Source of the DNA: a virus
Direction: 5' to 3' (one strand)
Length of the DNA stretch: 64,000 bases
IMG/VR virus record: IMGVR_UViG_3300012953_000020
Coordinates: 1 to 64,000 of that record
A program made the position numbers and the translations under genes. Positions 1-8,480 of the stretch are shown here, piece by piece. The stretch's first letter is position 1. Each line of letters opens with the position of its first letter. The notes under the pieces were generated by a model. That model made no database searches. It was not told the DNA's origin and saw only the letters and a list, made by a program, of their open reading frames with translations.

Positions 1-507
1 AAGCATCGCATCCATCCTTTTCGCCTGGCGTCTTACAGAATTACAATTTTCTGTGAGATTTACTTTACCGGACAGTGTGGTTGAACGAGTGTTCTTGCTT
101 AAAACGCGGTTCCGACCGCGACCTTCAGCAACGGAAATATTAACATCACCCTGCGCATTTACTGTTACGGATGTATTCTCGACTTCAGTTTTGTCGTCGG
201 ACATCTCATCTTCCAGTGCGGGGGGCTCTAGTAATTCGTCTTCGGGGAGAGGGGTGAGGTCTACTATTTCCTCGGTCTCTCCTTCAGGGGCAGAGTCAGG
301 CTCTTCATCATCAGACATCATCGCGATGTCAACGCCCGATATCTCATCATCCACGAGCTCATCTTGCTCGCCCATGATTTGCGCTTCGATCAAAGCCTTG
401 ATTCGAGGAGTTACCGCCTCTATAATCTTGTTCTTGGCATTTTGCTCTGCCATTTCCTTGAGCTGCTTTGCTTCAGCGATCGCTTGTTCATATAGATTAC
501 TTGTCAT
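1..507 (-). CDS. Probable prohead core/scaffold protein (N-terminal part; runs off the window edge; absent from the ORF track)
   Basis: ATG at 507 with AGGTGGT SD (517-511). The frame is open to position 1: MTSNLYEQAIAEAKQLKEMAEQNAKNKIIEAVTPRIKALIEAQIMGE..., a helical N-terminus followed by a very acidic region. It lies downstream of portal and protease, as T4 gp22 does. Confidence 0.65.
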   Translation of the reverse strand, partial: MTSNLYEQAIAEAKQLKEMAEQNAKNKIIEAVTPRIKALIEAQIMGEQDELVDDEISGVDIAMMSDDEEPDSAPEGETEEIVDLTPLPEDELLEPPALEDEMSDDKTEVENTSVTVNAQGDVNISVAEGRGRNRVLSKNTRSTTLSGKVNLTENCNSVRRQAKRMDAML

Positions 508-533
508 AACACCACCTATGGTCTGCTAAATGG

Positions 534-540
534 TAAATAT
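534..540 (-). promoter_or_regulatory. Candidate late-promoter motif ATA(A/C/T)TTA upstream of the scaffold gene
   Basis: ATATTTA; the same motif occurs in six intergenic gaps. Confidence 0.5.
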
Positions 541-595
541 CGACCAGAAAATTAAATTTACCATATCTCAATTATTTTACTTAAAAAAAAAGAAA

Positions 596-1141
596 TTATT
601 CGTCCTCGAGCATTTTTCTAATCACCATTCTGACTCGCTTTAATGGTAACTCTTCATCCTCTTGTTCTATGTCGGAGTGAAGAATATCTCTATCCGCGCC
701 CAAAGAGACATGCGGATGGCTATATCCTATAGTACTACCCGTCTGCTGTAAACTGCCAGGAGAATAAGCTTTAGGAGAACTGACGCCACCGCCGACTTGT
801 GTCCTCTTCTTGTACATTCCGGGCATAGGGGAAATGCTCGTTCCCACTGTTTCACTCAGCTTAGTGTTACCAGCCACGTAATAAAATGGATCGGTTCCCT
901 TCATAGCCAGATAATCACTAGCCAAGTAACCACCAATTAATTTCCTGAGCTTGTCTTGCATCTCTATTGGGATATCAGAAATATCCTCATCTTCGTAGTC
1001 ATCTTCTTCTTTATACGGAAATGAATTTACGGCTTGACGATCTTTGTGGAATCTTGGATTGAGCTGGCCATAGCCGCCTCCCGCCCGATCGTCGGGGCGG
1101 GAGCCGTGAGCTAGGTTGCCAAATGAGGCAGGCTGCGTCAT
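596..1141 (-). CDS. Hypothetical protein (head module), 181 aa
   Basis: Packed in the operon; acidic, Gly/Pro-rich; ends in an amphipathic helix (RVRMVIRKMLEDE). Confidence 0.75.
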   Translation of the reverse strand: MTQPASFGNLAHGSRPDDRAGGGYGQLNPRFHKDRQAVNSFPYKEEDDYEDEDISDIPIEMQDKLRKLIGGYLASDYLAMKGTDPFYYVAGNTKLSETVGTSISPMPGMYKKRTQVGGGVSSPKAYSPGSLQQTGSTIGYSHPHVSLGADRDILHSDIEQEDEELPLKRVRMVIRKMLEDE

Positions 1142-1144
1142 TTT

Positions 1145-1621
1145 TTATTTGCCGACGCCTTGGCCTAATTTATAATCGCCGAGAGTATGTCGAGCTGCGC
1201 GCTCTGAAGTACCTTTCGGGTTCTCCACAGCACCTACGCCAACAAAAGGCGTGGATGATGGAGTTTGACCGAACCCTTCTGGAGGATCAGCTAAATCGCT
1301 CGGATCAACTGAGCCCTCTCCTGGAGAAACCGGGTTTGGAACATATGGGCTGGCTGGTAGTCCACCCGCTCCGGTTTCGACCTCTTCCATGTTTGGTGCG
1401 TCCGAGTAATCCATCGTTTGGGTTCCGAAAGTGTGACCTTCATCGTTTATCACACCGTCCAGAACCAACTGTTGGTATTGAGCTCGTACGTCATCATCTT
1501 TTAATTCAAAAAGTGGGCTACCTGCAAATGCAGCCTTAATTGTCTTATCATCTCGAGCGCCTAAGGCTCGCGAGCTTGGTGCTCCTTTAGCTTCAACGAC
1601 ATTCTGTCTATGAGTTGGCAT
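1145..1621 (-). CDS. Hypothetical Pro/Gly-rich protein (head module), 158 aa
   Basis: AGGAG SD upstream of ATG; tight packing with neighbours. Confidence 0.8.
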   Translation of the reverse strand: MPTHRQNVVEAKGAPSSRALGARDDKTIKAAFAGSPLFELKDDDVRAQYQQLVLDGVINDEGHTFGTQTMDYSDAPNMEEVETGAGGLPASPYVPNPVSPGEGSVDPSDLADPPEGFGQTPSSTPFVGVGAVENPKGTSERAARHTLGDYKLGQGVGK

Positions 1622-1630
1622 TTTTTCTCC

Positions 1631-1900
1631 TTATTTAGAAAGTTTTCTTAATAGAACTTTTTTACTCTCTAAAATCCTCTTCAACCTTTTTCGGGTCTTG
1701 GATTCTTGGATCTTTAAAGCCTTGAGGTGATCTAAATCTTTTTCCAAAGCTGTAGCTAATTTACCAGCTTCAACTTCTTCAGCATCAACCTTCTCAGGAT
1801 CTTCATTTCCTTGCTCAAGAGTTTCGAAAACAGCTCTTCTCTTTTCCTCTTGGATCATCTTTCTAAGAATTCTAGGAGTTAACTTAACCGACTTTTTCAT
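1631..1900 (-). CDS. Small coiled-coil protein, possible prohead core protein
   Basis: Likely start is ATG 1900 (MKKSVKLTPRILRKMIQEE) with GGAG SD; charged helical sequence. Confidence 0.75.
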   Translation of the reverse strand: MKKSVKLTPRILRKMIQEEKRRAVFETLEQGNEDPEKVDAEEVEAGKLATALEKDLDHLKALKIQESKTRKRLKRILESKKVLLRKLSK

Positions 1901-1930
1901 AACACACTCCAAATAAAGTAGTTTATATTA

Positions 1931-2338
1931 TTATTTATGCTGCCCAGGTAGTTTCTTTTCAGAAAACGCGAGGTTTGCCCAATTACCGGCGGCATCGCCG
2001 AAAATATCTTCAGGATCATTTTGATCAACAGCTTGAGAAATACGGTCGCCAGCCACAATTCTGGGGTTCCTGTCTGCGTTGGTCTGCTCTTGTAAGGTTG
2101 TTTTTGCAGTATCAGCAAATATACTTTGCATCAAAGGATCATCAGTGACGCCCCTAATTGTTTCTGGGATTACATTTTTCTTCGCTGTTTGACGCCGTCT
2201 AGGGACTGGCTTCTTTTTAGCAGCAACTTTCTTTGATTCCTGAACCTGTTCGTTAGCCCCAACTAGTCCTTCGCTAAGAATCTCAACAAGACACTCTTTG
2301 ACTAGACTCTTTAAAACTGCTCTACTTACTTTAGCCAT
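1931..2338 (-). CDS. Hypothetical protein (head module), 135 aa
   Basis: AAGGA SD; N-terminal amphipathic helix LKSLVKECLVEILSEG. Confidence 0.8.
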   Translation of the reverse strand: MAKVSRAVLKSLVKECLVEILSEGLVGANEQVQESKKVAAKKKPVPRRRQTAKKNVIPETIRGVTDDPLMQSIFADTAKTTLQEQTNADRNPRIVAGDRISQAVDQNDPEDIFGDAAGNWANLAFSEKKLPGQHK

Positions 2339-2356
2339 GAATTAATCTTTCCTTAC

Positions 2357-2779
2357 TTAAGCCGGAGTTACCGTACCAATCGCGCCGTTACCTGCAGCGA
2401 CCTTTACAAAACTGACACCTTCAAGGGCTGAGATATCTGGAAAATCAGAGCGTTTCACGTTCGTTAATCCAGCCATCACTGTTACGTCAGTTTGGGCGTT
2501 AGAGTCAACGTATAGGTCTATACATTTAATTGGTAAAACCATCATTGAATTCTGTGGAATCACAAATCTCATAGCATCTCCAGCTTCATCTGACTGGCTG
2601 ACTTTGAATGCTATTGCAGCGTCAGCTGAGGGAGCTGTTACACAGATCCACTGAGTTACATACGGAAACTCTATCCGTAAATCAGCCATATCTGCGCCGT
2701 GCTGGTACACGAATGGAAAACCAGCTGTCTGATATTCTGCGGCATGACCGTGATGGGGCTTCGCTTGATTTAAAGGCAT
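2357..2779 (-). CDS. Hypothetical beta-rich protein, possible minor virion protein
   Basis: Likely start is ATG 2779, overlapping the protease stop (TAATG) with a GGAGG SD; alternating hydrophobic pattern. Confidence 0.75.
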   Translation of the reverse strand: MPLNQAKPHHGHAAEYQTAGFPFVYQHGADMADLRIEFPYVTQWICVTAPSADAAIAFKVSQSDEAGDAMRFVIPQNSMMVLPIKCIDLYVDSNAQTDVTVMAGLTNVKRSDFPDISALEGVSFVKVAAGNGAIGTVTPA

Positions 2780-3387
2780 TATTCTTCCTCCCAAGACAAG
2801 ATGTCGTTAAAAACTCTATCAATTCTATCAGACTTGTTAAAGAATGTATTGAGCTCTGCTTCGTTTATCTCCCTACCTTCATTCATCATAAAGGCACCAG
2901 GAGTCGAAGGCTCAGAAACAAAGTCCCAACAAATCAGTTGAAAATCGTCTTGAACAACTTGATGGTCTCCGCTTCGCTTTGTCGAACCAACACCACGAGA
3001 TGAAATGCCCAAAGTCACTCCTGACTCAACTAAACTCTGAAGAATCTTTCCTGCAGGGGTGTCCAGCAGTTCTACGCTTCCGTAGCAAACGTCGCCGTCC
3101 ATGTAGGCTTCACGAACAATGTGAGAAACGTTCTTGAGCTCAACGACACTGCTATCTGGGTGATCACATTCACCAAGCGCTCTGTTTTCCTGAATAAACT
3201 TTTGGTAGTTTCTAATCTCTCTATCCAGAATCGGCTTTGGATAAACTCGACCATTCTGGTTTAGCGTACCTGCTTTTTGCAATACACCTTTTAAGATCAC
3301 CTTACCGTCATTTTCCAACCTAGATTCGTTGACCATGTCTGGTGAGTATTCAAATTGTGACCAATTTGTTAATAGCTTCCTACTCAT
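2779..3387 (-). CDS. gp21: Prohead maturation protease (T4 gp21-like)
   Basis: Motifs NQNGRVYP, LGECDHP (catalytic His), ISSRGVGS (catalytic Ser), WDFVSEPS; near the portal gene. Confidence 0.95.
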   Translation of the reverse strand: MSRKLLTNWSQFEYSPDMVNESRLENDGKVILKGVLQKAGTLNQNGRVYPKPILDREIRNYQKFIQENRALGECDHPDSSVVELKNVSHIVREAYMDGDVCYGSVELLDTPAGKILQSLVESGVTLGISSRGVGSTKRSGDHQVVQDDFQLICWDFVSEPSTPGAFMMNEGREINEAELNTFFNKSDRIDRVFNDILSWEEE

Positions 3388-3389
3388 TA

Positions 3390-4223
3390 TTAGCTCCTTA
3401 GCTCATTACTTAGTTTCATAACCGTCAAATAACGAGAAACGACTTCATCATTAATGTTTTCGGTTGGAAGGCCGTCAATCTTTTCACAGACAATCGCGAT
3501 TTTAGATCTAACGATTTCACTTTCACAAGATGTTGAATATGTCTTTAACTCATTCAAACACTTTGTTTTTCTGCTCCCAAATACTTCAGAAATTTTCTCT
3601 TCTTTGTCTATGGAAAAAACGTAGTCCTGTAATAGACTGGCTTGCTCAGGTAGAAGCTCACTTGTAAATGACTCATTAAACTTCTTAGTCATAATATTAA
3701 CGGTCAAATTATTGACATCTTCCGTCTTTAGTTCGGATACGTCAACAGATCTTTTTTCTTGGACAAGCCAATTGTGAAGCTTTGCTTCATAGATCGCCTG
3801 TGAGTCAATATCAGGCTCATCTGAGCGCCAGCTCTCCAAGAGCCTCTGAATGGTAGCCAGTGTCTTGTAGCTGGAGACCCTCTGAGAATAGAACTTTGGA
3901 TCATTGAAAGCGTAATTTATCTCGTGTATCAGAGACGACTTTTCTTTATACAGCTTAGATGCGTTAAAATCCTTGGCAGCGCCTTTAGCTTCACCAATGA
4001 TCCTAGTCGCTAAACTCTCAGAAGGCATCGTGGTGCTGTAAAGCGCGTTAAAGAGACGGTATTCTCTATATAGCTCGGTACCTGACTTAAAATACTTATT
4101 GGTTATCTTGAGCACCTTAGATGCTTTTTCTTGATCATTCTCAACCAACGCAGTGGATGCGTATCTAGCTAGCTGCTCAAAAATGATTCCGACGTTTCTC
4201 TTCTTGTTATGGCTCTTTGGCAT
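3390..4223 (-). CDS. Hypothetical helical protein between portal and protease, 277 aa
   Basis: AAGGAGG SD; long ORF; N-terminus MPKSHNKKRNVGIIFEQL; lies inside the head module. Confidence 0.85.
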   Translation of the reverse strand: MPKSHNKKRNVGIIFEQLARYASTALVENDQEKASKVLKITNKYFKSGTELYREYRLFNALYSTTMPSESLATRIIGEAKGAAKDFNASKLYKEKSSLIHEINYAFNDPKFYSQRVSSYKTLATIQRLLESWRSDEPDIDSQAIYEAKLHNWLVQEKRSVDVSELKTEDVNNLTVNIMTKKFNESFTSELLPEQASLLQDYVFSIDKEEKISEVFGSRKTKCLNELKTYSTSCESEIVRSKIAIVCEKIDGLPTENINDEVVSRYLTVMKLSNELRS

Positions 4224-4243
4224 TCATGCCTCCTTCGTCAAAT

Positions 4244-6193
4244 TTAACTCGAACCCTCTTTACGATCAGGTTCACTAGAGTTGCTTAACTCATTTAAAAC
4301 TGTCTTTTTATTACTAAGTAGTCCTGATTTATCGATATTTCTTAAAACGCTTAAAATATCAGGAGACATTACCGGTCCGGCGGCTGCTTTTTGATCTAAA
4401 GATCTCTCAAAAGCCTCAAAAGAATTGAGTTGCTTTCGATTATACGGTTGCCTCATGGAATCCTGTGACCTTTTATTCATTGTCATATTCCCAAAATTAG
4501 GCATGTCGGCAGACGCCGCGGTCTTCTTATCTTTCTTGGGGCTCATTTCTTGTCCCCAGACATTCTTCATCTTTGCTTGCGCCTTGAGTGGTGCATCTTC
4601 ATCGTCAACAGATAATATTAGATCATCGTCTTCGTCGTCTTCCTCATTGATGTCTGCTTCATTAAACCCATCAGAGGGAGCAGCGCTTATAGGTGTATCG
4701 GGCAATAGGTTCTTATCAGATATTAGATCAACGTCAAATAACCCCCCGCCCTCATCATCTCCGCCGCCGGCGTCGTCGTCGCCTCCGCCACCTTCACCAC
4801 CAGTCGATTCAAGTTCGGCATCATCTTGCTTGTCTTTCTTCAGACCGTCTAGGACGCCTTCAATCTGATCATCTGTCAAGCCTAGAACATTTTTTCTGAC
4901 CCAGGTCTTGTCCAGCATTCCTTCCGGAACCTTTCCAGCAATGTCAAATCGCATGCTAATTAATTCAAGCTTCTGTAGCTGTGCAACTGATGATGGATTT
5001 GAAAGCCTTAACTCAAAGTCTAGTAAGTCTTCTCCGTCATAACCATGAGAGTACAGGTGGACCATGGCAAGTTTATTAAGCTCAGAAATAACAGTCTTCT
5101 GTATTCTCTGTATCGTCCTAGAGAACCTTATGTCTTCTTGTGCCAAGGTTGCCTTTGAACCAATGTCTTCATCATACCCTAGGTAAGCCTTAGGGATCTT
5201 AAGAGCTGCAAATAGCTTCTTTTGTACATACTCAACATCTTCTATAGCGGTGGCATTTTGACCACCGGCAAGGGTGTCAATTCTCGTACCACTATCTCCA
5301 CCACGGACAGGGATGTAGTAGTCTTCGTCAACAGCCATAGGGTTATATCGCAAATCAGCCTGGCCTTGCGCGCTGCTTGAAACTGTGCTTTTCTTCAAGG
5401 CAGTCTTAGCTTGCTCCACGTAGTTTGAAACATCTTCGGGAGGCACATTACCAACGTCAATATAGAAAACGCGCCTCTCAGGTGCGCGGATAATCCTGTA
5501 GACTAACATCGCGTCTTCGATCAGGATTAGTTGGCGCCAAATGCGACGAGCAGACTCTAGAACAGAAGTACCGTATGGCAAAAAGGCGTCGTTTGCTAAG
5601 AGCCTAAAGTGACTGATTTGCCAATTCTCTAAAATGGCGTTTCCTTGAGTTATCCACCGGTATCTTACAGCTGCAGGATTTTCTGGATCAAAGCCTTCTT
5701 CACGCTCAATCTCTGTTATTGGGATAGGGTATGTATTTATCACACCATATTCTGGATGTACATCATTAAAGAGAAAGAAGTCGCCATACTTGACAAGGTT
5801 CCTAACCCACATAACGAGGTTGAACTCTACGTTTATTGTGTCATGAAAAAGTGTGCCTAGAAGCTCTTGTTTTTGCGCATCATCAGAATAGATGTGTAAA
5901 ACCCGGCCATGCTCATCTGGTGAAACAGTCTCCTCAGAATATATGTCTAATGCCGAAGCCAGCTCTGGAGTTGCTTCCATCTCACTAAAATCACTGTATC
6001 TAGCCATTCTATCGAACGAACCGTAAGCGCTAAGTGTGCTGTTATAGATATCACTATGAGCACGCTTGAATAGCGCAGACGCAGAAGATTTAGATCCACC
6101 AGTCTGTTGCTGTTTGATCTTGCGCTTTACAACCGGACCGGTCCTGAAAAGACGAGTTAATTTCTGAAATAAATTTTTTTCTTTTTCTGCCAT
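4244..6193 (-). CDS. gp20: Portal protein (T4 gp20-like) with acidic C-terminal extension
   Basis: Motifs EDAMLVYRIIRAPERRVFYIDVGN, EDYYIPVRGG, IDTLAGGQN, DVEYVQKKLFAALKIPK, EDIRFSRTIQRIQ. Confidence 0.96.
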   Translation of the reverse strand: MAEKEKNLFQKLTRLFRTGPVVKRKIKQQQTGGSKSSASALFKRAHSDIYNSTLSAYGSFDRMARYSDFSEMEATPELASALDIYSEETVSPDEHGRVLHIYSDDAQKQELLGTLFHDTINVEFNLVMWVRNLVKYGDFFLFNDVHPEYGVINTYPIPITEIEREEGFDPENPAAVRYRWITQGNAILENWQISHFRLLANDAFLPYGTSVLESARRIWRQLILIEDAMLVYRIIRAPERRVFYIDVGNVPPEDVSNYVEQAKTALKKSTVSSSAQGQADLRYNPMAVDEDYYIPVRGGDSGTRIDTLAGGQNATAIEDVEYVQKKLFAALKIPKAYLGYDEDIGSKATLAQEDIRFSRTIQRIQKTVISELNKLAMVHLYSHGYDGEDLLDFELRLSNPSSVAQLQKLELISMRFDIAGKVPEGMLDKTWVRKNVLGLTDDQIEGVLDGLKKDKQDDAELESTGGEGGGGDDDAGGGDDEGGGLFDVDLISDKNLLPDTPISAAPSDGFNEADINEEDDEDDDLILSVDDEDAPLKAQAKMKNVWGQEMSPKKDKKTAASADMPNFGNMTMNKRSQDSMRQPYNRKQLNSFEAFERSLDQKAAAGPVMSPDILSVLRNIDKSGLLSNKKTVLNELSNSSEPDRKEGSS

Positions 6194-6209
6194 ATTCCCA
6201 CTCTATGCT

Positions 6210-6238
6210 ATAATATTAAAATTATCGCTTTCTTTAAA
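6210..6238 (-). promoter_or_regulatory. Candidate sigma70-like promoter TTTAAA-N17-TATTAT before the portal gene
   Basis: Same TTTAAN-N17-TAnnAT layout as 13145-13173 and 35926-35954. Confidence 0.35.
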
Positions 6239-6239
6239 A

Positions 6240-7841
6240 TTAAAGTAACCACCTAAACTCTGCATCGACGCTCCCAGATAAGAACCTTGAAACTTTATCA
6301 TAGGGTACCGCTCTCCTAGTGTTTAGAATATTCTTTAAGTATTCACCGCCAAAAGAAGATCCTACAGAGCCCTGAAATGAGCTTGACTCAGAGCCAAAAC
6401 CTGCCAACATCGCTTTGTTCACGTCTGCTGAGCTCTTTGAATGAAAATTAGAAGTGTCGTACAACCATATACCGATCGCCAACGATATAACAAGATCATC
6501 GTTCTTTCCACGCATCGCTTGGGGCTTGGACCCTTTCCAGACAAAAGTCTTCATCTCCTCGTAAAAGCGAGAAGAGTATGTTCTAATTTGCTTATTTCTT
6601 ATCACTTCCTCTAGCTTTGTCAAAATCTTGGATCTTGAAGGTCCTTGTGTTGAAAATCCCGCTTTAGAAATTGAACCATCACCGTAAAGCGCAGAGATCC
6701 TGTCTTTCTCTTTTTCAAAATAGATTTCTTGGCACTTTAGCTCTTTTAGCTTCATAAGAACAGCGTACCCGTAAGTGTTGCTCTCAGGACATACTGTGGC
6801 GTTATTGTACCGCTTGCTAGCCTCCATTAAAACAATAGCAAATTGGTCAGGCGGGGTTTTACCTTTAAACTCACAAACAACCTCTGATTCGTTTGTGTCA
6901 ATCACATGAAATGTAGAGAAGTCAGCTCCGTCTCCTCGAGCAACGTCAGCACTAATAACATAACGGTTACCTGGTGTCGAATATTTCCAAACCCAGACTG
7001 CGTTATTAGGTCCCCATCTCTCAACAGGGTTCTTGATTGACATCATCAAGAATTCAATATCTTTTTGAGTTATAAACGTCTCACCTGAAGCTTGAAAGTC
7101 GCACAACAGCTCCTGCGCTATCTGTCTCTTCGTCATGTTCTTGGTTTCTTTATCAAACCAAACGTCATCACGCTCAGGATGAACATCCCATGGCAACTTT
7201 ATTGCGTTAAAATCATTATCGCCATTCTCTGCCTGAGTATAGATGTCGTAATACTGACCACCGACCCCATTAGGCGTTGAAAGAACAATCGCGCGACCGC
7301 CAGTCGATAGAGTCGGATATAGGCCCATCCATAGATCATCAAAATTTCTAACAAACGCGGCCTCATCTACGATCAGTAAAGATAGTGCTTCTGAGCGCCC
7401 TGCATCTTCTGACGTTGGGACAGCTTTCACAATCGAACCGTTAGAGAACTCCAGAGACTGCTTATTGTTAGACACGATTTCAGGCATTAGTAACCAAGAG
7501 GGCAGAGACCGAATAGCGAACTTTACCTTTCTAATAAAGTTCTGAGCCACAGCCAGCTTGGTTGCGATTACTAGAACGTTTTTGTCTTTATAGAATATTG
7601 TAAGCCAAACAGCATACGCAGCGACCAGCGTGGAAAGCCCAAGTTGGCGACTTTTTACAATCACGTTGAAGCGATGATCATTAAAATCTTTTACGCATAC
7701 ATCTTGAAAATCGTAAGTGTTAAAAGGAAGGGTCCCTTTTGTTGCGTGCTGGATCTTTACGTACTTGTTAAAAAAGTAAACCGGATCCTTACCACACTTA
7801 ATTATCTCCTTGACTTGCCGCTGCTTGGTTGACGGTGGCAT
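6240..7841 (-). CDS. terL: Terminase large subunit (T4 gp17-like)
   Basis: Adenine-binding YDFQ, Walker A KSRQLGLST, Walker B LLIVDEAAF, motif III STPNG, nuclease ISADVARG and NDDLVISLA. Confidence 0.96.
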   Translation of the reverse strand: MPPSTKQRQVKEIIKCGKDPVYFFNKYVKIQHATKGTLPFNTYDFQDVCVKDFNDHRFNVIVKSRQLGLSTLVAAYAVWLTIFYKDKNVLVIATKLAVAQNFIRKVKFAIRSLPSWLLMPEIVSNNKQSLEFSNGSIVKAVPTSEDAGRSEALSLLIVDEAAFVRNFDDLWMGLYPTLSTGGRAIVLSTPNGVGGQYYDIYTQAENGDNDFNAIKLPWDVHPERDDVWFDKETKNMTKRQIAQELLCDFQASGETFITQKDIEFLMMSIKNPVERWGPNNAVWVWKYSTPGNRYVISADVARGDGADFSTFHVIDTNESEVVCEFKGKTPPDQFAIVLMEASKRYNNATVCPESNTYGYAVLMKLKELKCQEIYFEKEKDRISALYGDGSISKAGFSTQGPSRSKILTKLEEVIRNKQIRTYSSRFYEEMKTFVWKGSKPQAMRGKNDDLVISLAIGIWLYDTSNFHSKSSADVNKAMLAGFGSESSSFQGSVGSSFGGEYLKNILNTRRAVPYDKVSRFLSGSVDAEFRWLL

Positions 7842-8210
7842 CTACTCAACCTTCAGATGAACATTCATTCTGTAGTACGCGAGCTTCCTAGGGGTATAAG
7901 CAGAAACGCTAATTAGCTCTACGGAATCGTCTCGGGAATCTTCTGTCACTTTTACAGATCTACCAGCACGCTCCTTGAATTCTGCCTTCATCTTCTTTAA
8001 AGCGTCGGCAACACAATCGTTGGCGTCTTTCTCATGTTGAGCCTTTTGCTGCTCCATCGAAGACTCGCTTGCAAACTGGATCACTGCCGTGTATTTTAAA
8101 ATAAGACTATTTCCGTGCAGGCTAGATGTCACCTTCATGGTATCGCTAGAATAACCAAAACTATGATTGAACACTTGGCCCAAGATATTTACTTCTTCTG
8201 AACTTAACAT
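7842..8210 (-). CDS. Hypothetical protein, 122 aa
   Basis: AGGAG SD; its stop directly abuts the terL start. Confidence 0.8.
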   Translation of the reverse strand: MLSSEEVNILGQVFNHSFGYSSDTMKVTSSLHGNSLILKYTAVIQFASESSMEQQKAQHEKDANDCVADALKKMKAEFKERAGRSVKVTEDSRDDSVELISVSAYTPRKLAYYRMNVHLKVE

Positions 8211-8219
8211 TTTTCTCTC

Positions 8220-8480
8220 CTAAAAGAATTTATACATAGGCTTAAACTGCAGTTCTTTCTTTTGCAGCCAGCCCTTTATTTCTGCTTCACTTGGTTTCCA
8301 ACCAACGCCATTCACACTTCTGTTTGGCTCCAAAAAGGAAACAAAACAATCTCTACACCCACCATTATTGTAAGCACAAACAACATCCTCTAAAGATTGA
8401 AGTGTACCATGACAAACGTTGCAAGTTGCCGGGACTGGCTTATTCCTCTCGTCTATATAAATATCAATAAAATCACTCAT
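8220..8480 (-). CDS. Small putative zinc-binding protein
   Basis: CNVC...CRDC pairs; probable ATG at 8480 overlapping the end of the Mre11-Rad50 gene. Confidence 0.7.
   Translation of the reverse strand: MSDFIDIYIDERNKPVPATCNVCHGTLQSLEDVVCAYNNGGCRDCFVSFLEPNRSVNGVGWKPSEAEIKGWLQKKELQFKPMYKFF

Noticed and set aside
53-529. 158-aa plus-strand Ser-rich ORF
   Set aside because: Antisense shadow of the acidic minus-strand ORF 507-1, which has an SD and fits the operon.
1897-2118. 73-aa minus-strand ORF
   Set aside because: Alternate frame overlapping the better-supported 1931-2338 gene.
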